From an uncultured virus (IMG/VR IMGVR_UViG_3300034280_000588) (lineage: Duplodnaviria > Heunggongvirae > Uroviricota > Caudoviricetes): a stretch of 62,942 bases of DNA. The first letter of the stretch is position 1, and each line of letters begins with the position of its first letter. Positions 10,107 through 20,151 of the stretch are shown one piece after another. The stretch is from IMG/VR virus record IMGVR_UViG_3300034280_000588. One strand, written 5' to 3'. Made by a program: the position numbers and the translations under genes. Below the pieces are notes generated by a model. The model was given only the letters and a program-made list of their open reading frames with translations, searched no databases and had not been told where the DNA came from.

Positions 10107-10994
10107 TTATTTAATGGGTGCAATCCATGTTGTGAACTCCTGAGCCTTGAACATGTCATAATACTTAACATATTGAGCTCTTCTGTTCATCTCCCATAGT
10201 TGTTTCATCTCTCCATAGTCTGGAGTGTTCACTATTGTCAAGGCATAGTTTCTGGCAGCTCTAAGACGTTGCTCTACAAGTTGTATTCTTTGAGAAACAT
10301 CCTCACCATTCATATAAAGATTTTCAAGAATACGCTGCTTTACAGCATACTCATAATACTCATTTATCATTGGGTGATCAAGCACCAATAGCTCTCCCTC
10401 AGAGTTTTCCAAAGCACCCTGATACGATATAAACAATTGAGCCTGAGGTACATTTGTATAAATAAAACCATTTTTAATTTGACCAGATGGTAGGGTGTCA
10501 TCCAACGCATCCACTGTACCTGTGCTATTAGAGATTCTTATCTTTTGAAACTGATCATACACTCTTACATCGTTCACTCTTTTTTCAATAACCTGAACAT
10601 TAATCTTCTCTCCCCACTGACACTCAACTGTATATGTTGTTTCACAATCACAGGTTAAATCTTTACATCCACATTTAGGACAATCTGATCTTCCTAAAAT
10701 GATGTTTTCAGTTTGCCTTCCCATCATTCTGGGTTGAACCACCTCATATTTACCACACAGATAAGCATAGTTCAAAACATAAAAATCATCAGGTAATTTA
10801 GTCTTACTATGGGATAATTCTAATACTTTTTCTTTTGTACCATGGATTCTCAATCCAAGATCATATGTAACGCGCTGGGCCACCTTAATGAGCTGTGCAG
10901 GATCAATCAGCTTTTCAGTGTTATACATTGTAAAGTCAACAGCTACATCACTTAGCAGCTGTGTAAGAGTTTTATATTTAAGTTCTGTTTTCAT
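10107..10994 (-). CDS. Tail tubular/ring protein (crAss-like)
   Basis: 295 aa; position two genes upstream of the muzzle gene; IKNGFIYTN...ISYQG...LVLDHP pattern. Confidence 0.55.
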   Translation of the reverse strand: MKTELKYKTLTQLLSDVAVDFTMYNTEKLIDPAQLIKVAQRVTYDLGLRIHGTKEKVLELSHSKTKLPDDFYVLNYAYLCGKYEVVQPRMMGRQTENIILGRSDCPKCGCKDLTCDCETTYTVECQWGEKINVQVIEKRVNDVRVYDQFQKIRISNSTGTVDALDDTLPSGQIKNGFIYTNVPQAQLFISYQGALENSEGELLVLDHPMINEYYEYAVKQRILENLYMNGEDVSQRIQLVEQRLRAARNYALTIVNTPDYGEMKQLWEMNRRAQYVKYYDMFKAQEFTTWIAPIK

Positions 10995-11005
10995 AGGAGG
11001 ATGTA

Positions 11006-11680
11006 TTATCTAACGTTACTTTGTTTGTCACCAGCTAAATCTGAAGGAAGCTGATACATTGCGTAGAGGTCTTTGAGAGCAGCTGCTTCCATTTCACCAT
11101 GAAGATAATCTGGGACATTAAAAGGCTGACTTTGACGAAGATTGCAGCAATCATCCTCACAAGTGAAGTTACAGATGTCATCTTCAAATATGCCTTCTAC
11201 TCTTACACTATCCCAGTCTAAATCAGGAAAGTAGAGATAGTCATTCAAATACCAGTAGTATTTTGTTTTATTATATTTGAAGCTGGTGGCATTAGAAAGT
11301 TTTACATATCCACTAGGAAGCGTGGGCTGTAATTCTTGTGAGCCATCCACTGAGGTGATGTTTCTTATAAGAGGACCATAATATCCCTGCATAAATACAG
11401 GAAGCTTCTTCTTTGATCTCTTAATTGTACAATTAGATTTTAAACCACTGCAAGCAGCCTCTATCTTGTCAACCTCCACAAGCTCAACATCATCTATAGA
11501 TTGTATTACACTTGAAAAGGAAAGAAGCTTAAACTTACCATCTTCTCTTTTCATAAGCCATTTGGCATGCTTAATGAGAAGACTGTATAAAAAACGATCA
11601 GTCAAGAAGGCATCCTGCTTGACTGCTTTAATTTGGTTTCTCACCCTAGAGACGGCATCTCCTATAGTATATCTAGACAT
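11006..11680 (-). CDS. Tail ring/adaptor structural protein (crAss-like)
   Basis: 224 aa; YYWYLNDYLYF...VRVEGIFED pattern and gene position. Confidence 0.55.
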   Translation of the reverse strand: MSRYTIGDAVSRVRNQIKAVKQDAFLTDRFLYSLLIKHAKWLMKREDGKFKLLSFSSVIQSIDDVELVEVDKIEAACSGLKSNCTIKRSKKKLPVFMQGYYGPLIRNITSVDGSQELQPTLPSGYVKLSNATSFKYNKTKYYWYLNDYLYFPDLDWDSVRVEGIFEDDICNFTCEDDCCNLRQSQPFNVPDYLHGEMEAAALKDLYAMYQLPSDLAGDKQSNVR

Positions 11681-11682
11681 TT

Positions 11683-12267
11683 TTATAACATATTAAATTC
11701 ATCATAATCATTTAGAAGATCTTCAGTTTCATCTTTTTTAAACTGTTTAAACTTTTCTTTTCTAAACAATCTAGACACCTTCACTAAGTTGTCTACCATT
11801 ATATATTTCTTCCATTGCAAAGGGTAGGTTTTTCCTACCGTTCTTGTAAACCCTCTGATTCCCTTAAATGCCCAAAGCTCATGATTTTTAAATCTATACT
11901 TAGTTTCATAGTTAGTATAGAATATCTTAGCTATGTAATTATCTGATTCCCAATTTTGATTTTGAAGCTTCACACCATATATTGCGCTTTTATTAAAATC
12001 AATATTGTCTTTTTTTCTAGGGCAAGTTCCTATAAAAATGTATCCCAGCTGTTCAGGAAGCTCCACCCCATCTCTGCATTCAACCACTTCTTCCCAAATT
12101 CTTTGGTTAAAAGTGTTGATGATTTCCTTAAACTGCTCTATTGTAATATGGGCATGTTTAGGATTTTCTTCAATAAACTTTTTATAAAAAGTTACATTAG
12201 TTAAATTAAGCTTCTTTGGCCTATATCTAGGTGCATTAAGATCTGGCTTCTTGTATTTTTTTAACAT
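11683..12267 (-). CDS. IHF/HU-like protein of crAss-like tail module
   Basis: 194 aa basic protein; GVELPEQLGYIFI resembles the HU/IHF beta-arm; position upstream of ring genes. Confidence 0.45.
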   Translation of the reverse strand: MLKKYKKPDLNAPRYRPKKLNLTNVTFYKKFIEENPKHAHITIEQFKEIINTFNQRIWEEVVECRDGVELPEQLGYIFIGTCPRKKDNIDFNKSAIYGVKLQNQNWESDNYIAKIFYTNYETKYRFKNHELWAFKGIRGFTRTVGKTYPLQWKKYIMVDNLVKVSRLFRKEKFKQFKKDETEDLLNDYDEFNML

Positions 12268-12278
12268 GCACTTTATAT

Positions 12279-12290
12279 ATTATAATTTAC
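12279..12290 (-). promoter_or_regulatory. Putative late-promoter motif (GTAAATTATAAT)
   Basis: Motif copy 11 nt upstream of the 12267 start. Confidence 0.45.
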
Positions 12291-12328
12291 AAAAAATTAC
12301 TGAAGTTTCCTACTTAAACTTTTAATGT

Positions 12329-13528
12329 TTAAGCTGTATGTATAAACTCTGAAACCTTGCCATGGTCTTTACTATGACACTCTAAAATGGCTTGTCTCTT
12401 AGCCCCAGTATATTTATTATGGTAGTGCCAATAGTCTGTCTTAGAAAGACTGGGAAGATGCTTTATAGAGAAACCATGATGCTCATTATCAGTGACAAAC
12501 TCTGTAGTCTTTTTACTATGGAAGTGTCCTGTGTAGCAGGTTCTATATTTGGTGTCCCCCCAGAGTTCAGGATATTCTGTTGCATAAACCAACGGGGTGT
12601 TTTTCTTAGAAACATCCCCGTGTTCAAATGCAAAGAAATTTGCACCATATGTAATCACTTTTCTCTCTGAGTAGTCTGCATGGAAAGTGATGGCTTTCTC
12701 ATCTTTAAAGCACTTACTTAAAGCATGTGCAATATGATAAGAACTCAGTCTATCATGATTACCTGGAACGTACACAACGTCCAACTCAAGACAAAACTGT
12801 TTAATATAGTTAATAGACCAATAGAGAGCATCAAAGGCATCCTTATAGGCATCATAGCATCTTTGACTATTATCTACAGGCGTGCCTGAGGTGGTGGTAC
12901 CAGAAAAGCTGTCCATGTTAAGAAGATCTCCTCCTACAACATACACCATCTTTGCAAGGACATGTGCCATATAAGCCCTTGGTACTAAGTTAGTTATAGC
13001 ATTCTCAAAGTCTTTTACAATAGTCTCATTATTCTCTTTTCCAAAATGAAGGTCCTGAATTGACAGGACCCCACATACATCATATTCAAACCTATCGTTT
13101 ATAAAAGGCTTTTTTATAGGAGTGTAGCTAGGGGAGAAGTCTTCCAACACTCTTGCAAGAACATCTTTCTCTTCTTGCTTTACTGCTGTAACTAGAGCTG
13201 AGATATGCCACCCGTCATGTCTTTCCTTATTCCAATAACTGGAAAGTTTCCATTTTGCAGTGTCAATTTTAAGAAGTGCAATAATCTCTTCTGCACTTTT
13301 AGGCTCACTGACAGAAACCCCTTTTATTTCAGCTGTACCATTGTCCAAATCTTCTTTAAACTCAACCACCCTGTTAGGTCTAGGATGCTCAATAATTTCA
13401 CCAAATTGGAAGTTAATTTGTTTCTTCAACTGTTTGTATTTCTCAACAGAAATACCTAGTTTTGCAGCCACTTCTTTATTTGACTTTTTCCATTTAAGTG
13501 AGTTCTTCACTTGATCAAGTAATGTCAT
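12329..13528 (-). CDS. Calcineurin-like metallophosphoesterase with N-terminal HTH-like segment
   Basis: All five motifs: DLHFG, GGDLLNMD, PGNHD, EHGD, TGHFH. Confidence 0.85.
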   Translation of the reverse strand: MTLLDQVKNSLKWKKSNKEVAAKLGISVEKYKQLKKQINFQFGEIIEHPRPNRVVEFKEDLDNGTAEIKGVSVSEPKSAEEIIALLKIDTAKWKLSSYWNKERHDGWHISALVTAVKQEEKDVLARVLEDFSPSYTPIKKPFINDRFEYDVCGVLSIQDLHFGKENNETIVKDFENAITNLVPRAYMAHVLAKMVYVVGGDLLNMDSFSGTTTSGTPVDNSQRCYDAYKDAFDALYWSINYIKQFCLELDVVYVPGNHDRLSSYHIAHALSKCFKDEKAITFHADYSERKVITYGANFFAFEHGDVSKKNTPLVYATEYPELWGDTKYRTCYTGHFHSKKTTEFVTDNEHHGFSIKHLPSLSKTDYWHYHNKYTGAKRQAILECHSKDHGKVSEFIHTA

Positions 13529-13575
13529 ATGTTATAGTATTAGTTTCATAAAGATAAGCATTATTATTAAATATC

Positions 13576-13613
13576 AAAAAATAAGTCCCCAGTATAGAAA
13601 TACCGGGGATCTT
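13576..13613 (-). terminator. Intrinsic terminator after the glycosyltransferase genes
   Basis: Minus strand TCCCCGGTAT-TTCT-ATACTGGGGA followed by CTTATTTTTT. Confidence 0.7.
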
Positions 13614-13649
13614 GTTATTGGAGGAACCAACAAACCTCCTTTTTATCTT

Positions 13650-15332
13650 TTATTGCTTTATTGTTAAACAATATTCAATTAATTTTTTAATTCTTTGATT
13701 GTGATCAGGGCTTTTCCAACCTCTAGAAAACCAAGAGTGGTATGCAAAATCAACACCTGAATGATTTTTTAAAACTGTTGCATACTCATCATCTTTAAAA
13801 TCATATGCATTTAGGTATAATGGTATCATACCTTTTCTTAAACATAAGAAGAAAATTGCATAATATGGTTCAAAATTATCATAGGATATTTTAAAATCTT
13901 TTTTAAGCAAGTGATAAGGTGTAAACTTTTCTAAATCTTTAGAATACAAATTAAATCCTTTAGTATTTAAAAACTCTTCTCTTAATCTTTTAAGATTGAT
14001 TATACTAAAAAATAAATTTATCCCAACTGGATTATGAAATCTATGACTTATTACTCCACCGTCTGGCATACCTGAGAAACCTATGTTATTTCTAATTTGA
14101 TAAAATAACAAATCTAACATTGCAGTTTTGTTTGTTATAAAACAATCTTCATCTATATAGATCATCCAATCTATATCTGTAAGAGTTTTAATAGCATCCT
14201 CAAGAAACTGTAAACCATATCTACCACCTTTACCTGAAATGTTTATACATTCAAAAGGAAGATCAGAATAAAAACTTTTTGAAATTTCAAACAAGTCATC
14301 ATGCTGAGAATTTGTAACAATTTTTATTCTACTAAAATCTGGTTCTTTTGATAAATGGGTAAATCCTATTCTATTTGCAATAGTTACAAAATTATTTTTA
14401 CCATAGTCATTATCATAAATACTTACGTTGTTTCCATAGTTATTACCTCCAGTAAAAGAATCAGAATGATAAAGATGAATCATTTGAGCATTAAGTCTTT
14501 TAGAACTTAATCTAAATTCCATACATTTATTATGAAATGCATCATCTTCTACACCCCAACCTTTAAAACGCTCATCAAATCCGCCCACCCTATAATAATT
14601 ATTAGAACTGAGTATTCCAATACCACCTGATGCACTTTTCAAGGAATCTACTTTTCTATTAGAGTTATCTCCTGTATTATCTTCATTATTTAAAATAAAC
14701 TGTTCTGTTTCTTGTTTAGATAAATAATAAACAGGATTACCATAAGGTATTACAAAAAAACTATCAAAATCTGCATAATATGTGTGAATACTATTTAGAA
14801 ATGCTACATCCAATAAACAATCAGCATCAGCTAAAATTACGTAATCACTATTACTAACATTAAATCCTTGATTAAATCCTAATGATCTAGAATAAAAATC
14901 ACCATTTGTATTTAAATGAACATACTTATCTATCTTATCATATATTACACTTAAGTCAGCTCTAGTATCTTGTTCAACAATTATTATTTTAGCATCAGGA
15001 AGATGTTTCTTATAATACTGAACTGTATAAATAAGATTTCTAAGTCTATCTGGTGTAGCATCTCTAAATCCTATTATAACAGAAAAAGTTTTCTTTGATG
15101 AGTTTATATTTATGGTTGATTCTTCTGGCCAAGAATTTTCACTATCCTTACCAAACTCTTTATATTTTAGATATAAAGATTTAAAATGCCCAGGACAAGG
15201 ATCTCCAAAAATTGCATTAGAAACATACAGATTTAAACTATCATCTTTAATATATGATTTTACAATATCTGTTACATCTGTAGAACCATTTCTTAAACTA
15301 CCATAAACCGCACTAATAATTTCCAAACTCAT
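13650..15332 (-). CDS. Multidomain glycosyltransferase: SUEL/lectin-like + GT2/GT7-like + second GT-A domain
   Basis: N-terminal IISAVYG...FGDPCPGHFKSL (SUEL/DUF3395-like); SVIIGFRD, DADC (DxD) and GGFDERFKGWGVEDD (GT7-C signature); second DxD IYIDEDCF; start at ATG 15332 preferred over 15359. Confidence 0.8.
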   Translation of the reverse strand: MSLEIISAVYGSLRNGSTDVTDIVKSYIKDDSLNLYVSNAIFGDPCPGHFKSLYLKYKEFGKDSENSWPEESTININSSKKTFSVIIGFRDATPDRLRNLIYTVQYYKKHLPDAKIIIVEQDTRADLSVIYDKIDKYVHLNTNGDFYSRSLGFNQGFNVSNSDYVILADADCLLDVAFLNSIHTYYADFDSFFVIPYGNPVYYLSKQETEQFILNNEDNTGDNSNRKVDSLKSASGGIGILSSNNYYRVGGFDERFKGWGVEDDAFHNKCMEFRLSSKRLNAQMIHLYHSDSFTGGNNYGNNVSIYDNDYGKNNFVTIANRIGFTHLSKEPDFSRIKIVTNSQHDDLFEISKSFYSDLPFECINISGKGGRYGLQFLEDAIKTLTDIDWMIYIDEDCFITNKTAMLDLLFYQIRNNIGFSGMPDGGVISHRFHNPVGINLFFSIINLKRLREEFLNTKGFNLYSKDLEKFTPYHLLKKDFKISYDNFEPYYAIFFLCLRKGMIPLYLNAYDFKDDEYATVLKNHSGVDFAYHSWFSRGWKSPDHNQRIKKLIEYCLTIKQ

Positions 15333-15333
15333 A

Positions 15334-16248
15334 CTACAAATGTTTTTTAGAAGTTTCAATAATTTCTTTTACATAATTGTATGAGCAGTATTCTTTGCTA
15401 TATTTATTTAAATCAATGTTGGTATATGGATCTGTATTTATAAACTCCCCTTTAAAAAATAATTCTTTTCTTTCAGGAGTTACACCAGCATTGTGAAATA
15501 TTGGAGCTTCATCCCATCTTTGTATATTATCTGTTGCCCAGCAAAAGTCCAATCTTTTATCCACCTTGGTTTCATTTCCAAATAACCAAGCATTCCATAA
15601 AAGAGACCACATACCTGCTGTCCATTTCTGTATAGAATGACCTTGTCCTTTCCAATGTGGTTCAATATCATTAAAGTATTTATACAACTTTATTGAATCT
15701 TTCTCCACCTTATCCCAATATTCATAACTACTGTTTTTTACAATGTACTGTGCTCCTCCAGAATTACTGTTTAAAAGCTTAGGAATTAAAGGATCCATCC
15801 CAATAACATTACACATTCCAAGATAAACATCATCACCCTTAGTTAAAATATACTGTGTACCTATATAACCAACAGTATCACTCATGTACCAAATTTTATC
15901 ATGCTCCATGCTTTTAAAGTCCACGGGCTTTGTAAAAATTATGTCTGAATCATGAAGAAATAAAGTGGTTTCTTCAAGTTGAGGGTGGGCTTTAAGATGT
16001 TGCTTTAGAAGGTTAAAGTAAACAGAAGGTATGTATGAATACTCTTCGCGTGTGTCTGTGTAGAAATAAAATCCTACATCACTATATGTTTTTTGTAAAG
16101 TTTTCCAATTTTCTGGAACATTCTGGTCATATGAACAAAGTATATGAATATCACCAGGGTTTATTCCGTTCTTTACAAAGTTGTTAATCATTACTTCCAC
16201 CTGCCAAGTGTAATACTCTATAGCAGGTTGTGCACAGATAAATTTCAT
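15334..16248 (-). CDS. GT-A glycosyltransferase resembling peptidyl O-glycosyltransferases GT95 (HPAT)/GT96 (SERGT1)
   Basis: YYTWQVEVMINNF, FLHDSDIIFTKP (DxD), GGAQYIV, WTAGMWS, IFHNA match the recalled YxxWQ / DxD / GG / WxxEM / IxH layout of those families. Confidence 0.6.
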   Translation of the reverse strand: MKFICAQPAIEYYTWQVEVMINNFVKNGINPGDIHILCSYDQNVPENWKTLQKTYSDVGFYFYTDTREEYSYIPSVYFNLLKQHLKAHPQLEETTLFLHDSDIIFTKPVDFKSMEHDKIWYMSDTVGYIGTQYILTKGDDVYLGMCNVIGMDPLIPKLLNSNSGGAQYIVKNSSYEYWDKVEKDSIKLYKYFNDIEPHWKGQGHSIQKWTAGMWSLLWNAWLFGNETKVDKRLDFCWATDNIQRWDEAPIFHNAGVTPERKELFFKGEFINTDPYTNIDLNKYSKEYCSYNYVKEIIETSKKHL

Positions 16249-16275
16249 TAGTATGTTGGTTTTTTGGTTACACTA

Positions 16276-19200
16276 TTATGGTGGTGTAGTGGTTGTAGTT
16301 GTACACCATAGATTTGTAGTTACTACACCTCCAGATTTTTCATAAATTAATATAGCATTTGTAAAATCAAATGCAGGCTGAAATGATGATGTTGATAAAA
16401 TTGCTCCACTTAAATTCAAGTTTGAGTATACTTGGTAGTTATCGTCAACATCCGCAGGAATAGTTGCACTAGTTATTATTCTAATTGCACTATATATTAA
16501 AGTTATTCTACCATCATTAAAAAGTCTAGTCCATCCTGAACCAGCCCCTACTGCAGAAGTAAAGTATTTATTTACTACAGAATAGTTTTTATAAACAGAC
16601 GTTCCACTATTAAACGGTGCATTAATATATTGATTTGTAATCAAAAATGCGTCAAATAATTGAAACCTTGGGAACCAATCTACTTGAGTTCCGTTGTTTG
16701 TTGCTCTTATTAGTTTATGACTACGAACAGCATCAATATTAATATTATTTGTAACAAAAGATGTTGATGTTGCAGAAACATTTGTTCCAATATAAGCTGC
16801 AAGTTGATTTATTTTAACTAAATAGTTATTGTGTATAGCTGCGCAATTTGTGCAAGTGCCCATCACAGTAGATGTCAGCGTTTGATATTGTATAGTAATT
16901 TTATTTAAACCAGCATCAAAAATAATTGGTGTAGTATAATGTACCCAAACACCATCACTAAAAGCATTTCCACTTGTTCCAAGAATAACAAAAGTTTCTG
17001 AAACGTCTCCACAATTTCCATTTAAGAACTTTGTAATATTAAAGTAAAGATATTGATAATATTCCGGAACTGTATTGCTAGGATTAAATATTGGAGCAAC
17101 AGTATTCATCCAATTTATTCCAGCATCATAATCATTTTTATATTTATTAAAATCAGTAGAACTAGAAAACTGAAGATATACTTCATTGTTATTTCTTGTT
17201 ATTGTTATTGATCCAGAAGCTGTTTGACAACTAATAGAATTTTTAAACTGAGTGCTATAATTACAATCTACAAGTCCAAGAGGTATATCTGTACTCCAAG
17301 GACCCAAACTAGTAGAATTAGAAACTTTTAAATATTTACCAACAAAACTACTATCATTAAATGCTGCAGATGTTGTTTGATATAATTGAAATCTAGTTTG
17401 ACAAAGTGGAGATGCATATGAAATAACAGTTGCTGGGTCATCTAATTTACAAGCATCTATGGATGGTCTTGCAACAGTAGTACTAAAATTAGCAACTGTT
17501 TCGCACTTCATATAAAGTTTCCAAGATGTGTTTGCATTTGGTGTTGGTGTAATACCGCTTTGGTAAGCCCAGTTTGCAGTGACTGTAATTCTTAAGTAAT
17601 CTCCAGCAGCATATGTAAAAGATGTTAATTCTAAAACATCATAATATATACCAGAATTATATAATACAGGATTTTGATTTGACCAAGTTGAAGTTATAGC
17701 TCCTAAATCACCACCAGTTGCCAAGTTCAATATAGTGGTAGATGTACTATTAGTTGGAGAAACATACTCAACCAACAACTTATCAGAAATACTACCAGGC
17801 GCAAAATAATACGGGAAGTATTTTGTTGTAGGATCTAATATAAAACCAATTGTTTTATCAGCATCAGTTGGAATATTTATTGAAGGATTGTAAGTTAATC
17901 TGTGTGTATAATTAGCAAGTTGTCCTGTATCAGTATTACTTAAAGGACTTCCTACTGGTGGAGTAGCACATGTTAAGTTTTCTACACTTATTGTATTTAA
18001 ACAAGATTGATTTGCTAAGTCTGGTGCATATTGTGTAACACCAGGTATGTAGTCAGCAATATCTGAAACATATTTTATTGTATCTAATATAACATATCTT
18101 ATAACAGGAATCCATGTTCCCCCTTGAACAGGTCGTGCATTTGCTCCTGTAAACGGATGAAGTTGAAGAGCACCACTACCAGCATTTCCTGATGTAAACT
18201 GATCAACAGGACTAGATGTACTATCTAAATACCAATCAATAAAATAATCAGTAAGACTACACGAGGCAGCTTCCAAAACACCAACAGACAAGAAACCAAT
18301 ACTGCCTGAATCAATTGTACCTGTTCCAAAATCTAAACCACAATCAGCACATCTTCCAGCTATAACAGCAATAGTGGTAGTTGTAGTGGTACTTGTAGAT
18401 GTTGTAGTGCTGGTACTAGTGGTAGAAGTTGTAGTTGTAGGCTCTTCGGTCGTAGTGGTAGTAGTTGGCGCAACTGTTGTAGTGGTTGTTGTCGTACTCG
18501 TACTTGTGGTAGACGTAGTGCTAGTAGTAGACGTAGTAGTCCACCCCTCAGGAAGAACACTTGTAGTAAGCCTTATTCTAATATTATCTGAATATAAGAA
18601 TGATATTGGGTTTGAGGTGTATGTACCTGTACCTGTTAAAATACTACTGCCACTAGATGTCCAAAGAACATTGTTTTTAAATATAGTAATTACACCACCA
18701 TCTGTACTATTGATAAAGTAGTCAACAACAACTTGATAACTATTTCTTGTTGCATCTACAGTGCCTGTTTCTAAAATAGTTACAGGATAGCCACCAGAAG
18801 TTAAAGAATACCAGCCATCATTTGTAACATCATTTATAGAAGAACCACCTGGACCCTGAACCTCCACTCTAAATATTCCATTAGGTTCGGTAGGACAAGA
18901 TGTAGAAGATTGAACAGTAGATACCACTCCATTATTTAAAACATAATAACAATTTGTTCCATCACTATAATATCCTGTTTGAACATTTCCATAAGGACTA
19001 GGAGCAGCTGGAGCAGTTGTTAAAAAGAACAAATTACAATCAACTCCAAAACTCAAAGGATCACAGTTTGTATAATATACAAGTGACGAAGAGCAATTAC
19101 ACGCAGACTGACAAGAAGAACCAAAACAAAGTTCAATACCATTTAATTCAGCGGGTGGAGTTGTTGTAGTGGTAGTTGTAGGTTCAATAGTCGTAGTGGT

Positions 19201-20136
19201 ACTTGTAGTGCTAGTGCTTGTAGTGCTAGTAGTGGTGGCTACAGGGCAACCATCTGCACAAAGACCAATTAATTGTGTAAAGTTACCTCCTCTATATTCA
19301 ATACTATCTGTTCTAGCACATTGATATTTTTGTAATCCTGCACCTACACTACTAATTAAAGTGTTTCCTGTTTCACAATCAGAATAAGAATAACTAAGAG
19401 CTGCTGGAGTTTCATTCTCAAGCAAGTAACAGAGGCACTCAATAACTGGGGGAACAGTGGTTGTAGTTGTTGTAGAGCTAGTGGTAGTTATTATACTAGA
19501 AGGAGGGCAACTAATGTTTTGAAGATATTTGTCACAATTATTAAGACTAGTTAAGAAAGAAGTTCCTGAAGCCAATAAAACCAAATTTGTTGGTGTAGGA
19601 ACATACAAGGAAGTTGGCCCACTATACCCCAAAGACTCAATATTTGCAAATGTTGCAACAATCCAAATATAAGTTGTAGTGGGACTTAGAACATCTGCAT
19701 AAACTTCTCCAATTGTAAAGCAAGGAGTAGTTGGGTTAACTATAATAGGCAACCCTGTCTGGTATGACTTGCAGCAAACTAAATAGTAAGGTGGACAAGT
19801 AGTTGTGGTGGTTGTACTTGTCGTAGTTGTAGGAGGAAGAGTGGTGGTGGTTGTTGTACTAGTGCTTGTAGTGGTACTAGTTGTAGTTGTTGAAGTGGTG
19901 GTAGTTGTAGGCAGAGGAATGCAGCATTGCTGAATGCCCTGTAACAACTTGATAATCACCTCATTAAAATCATCACCATTTTTAATATCAGCACAGGGAT
20001 GGTCTACACCATTATATATAATACAATGACTTTTTTCGTATTGTCCTTCACAAATATCTACAGAAGGACACAACGGGTTTATCGTTGTAGTTGTCGTTGT
20101 AGACGTTGTTGTTACACAATTTATTTCTAAAGCCAT
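16276..20136 (-). CDS. Large Cys-rich virion appendage protein with multiple poly-Thr/Ser tracts
   Basis: 1286 aa; at least six T/S runs separating Cys-rich modules; ends CTTTTTTPP; in structural module. Confidence 0.7.
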   Translation of the reverse strand: MALEINCVTTTSTTTTTTINPLCPSVDICEGQYEKSHCIIYNGVDHPCADIKNGDDFNEVIIKLLQGIQQCCIPLPTTTTTSTTTTSTTTSTSTTTTTTLPPTTTTSTTTTTTCPPYYLVCCKSYQTGLPIIVNPTTPCFTIGEVYADVLSPTTTYIWIVATFANIESLGYSGPTSLYVPTPTNLVLLASGTSFLTSLNNCDKYLQNISCPPSSIITTTSSTTTTTTVPPVIECLCYLLENETPAALSYSYSDCETGNTLISSVGAGLQKYQCARTDSIEYRGGNFTQLIGLCADGCPVATTTSTTSTSTTSTTTTIEPTTTTTTTPPAELNGIELCFGSSCQSACNCSSSLVYYTNCDPLSFGVDCNLFFLTTAPAAPSPYGNVQTGYYSDGTNCYYVLNNGVVSTVQSSTSCPTEPNGIFRVEVQGPGGSSINDVTNDGWYSLTSGGYPVTILETGTVDATRNSYQVVVDYFINSTDGGVITIFKNNVLWTSSGSSILTGTGTYTSNPISFLYSDNIRIRLTTSVLPEGWTTTSTTSTTSTTSTSTTTTTTTVAPTTTTTTEEPTTTTSTTSTSTTTSTSTTTTTTIAVIAGRCADCGLDFGTGTIDSGSIGFLSVGVLEAASCSLTDYFIDWYLDSTSSPVDQFTSGNAGSGALQLHPFTGANARPVQGGTWIPVIRYVILDTIKYVSDIADYIPGVTQYAPDLANQSCLNTISVENLTCATPPVGSPLSNTDTGQLANYTHRLTYNPSINIPTDADKTIGFILDPTTKYFPYYFAPGSISDKLLVEYVSPTNSTSTTILNLATGGDLGAITSTWSNQNPVLYNSGIYYDVLELTSFTYAAGDYLRITVTANWAYQSGITPTPNANTSWKLYMKCETVANFSTTVARPSIDACKLDDPATVISYASPLCQTRFQLYQTTSAAFNDSSFVGKYLKVSNSTSLGPWSTDIPLGLVDCNYSTQFKNSISCQTASGSITITRNNNEVYLQFSSSTDFNKYKNDYDAGINWMNTVAPIFNPSNTVPEYYQYLYFNITKFLNGNCGDVSETFVILGTSGNAFSDGVWVHYTTPIIFDAGLNKITIQYQTLTSTVMGTCTNCAAIHNNYLVKINQLAAYIGTNVSATSTSFVTNNINIDAVRSHKLIRATNNGTQVDWFPRFQLFDAFLITNQYINAPFNSGTSVYKNYSVVNKYFTSAVGAGSGWTRLFNDGRITLIYSAIRIITSATIPADVDDNYQVYSNLNLSGAILSTSSFQPAFDFTNAILIYEKSGGVVTTNLWCTTTTTTPP

Positions 20137-20151
20137 TATTATATTAATTTA

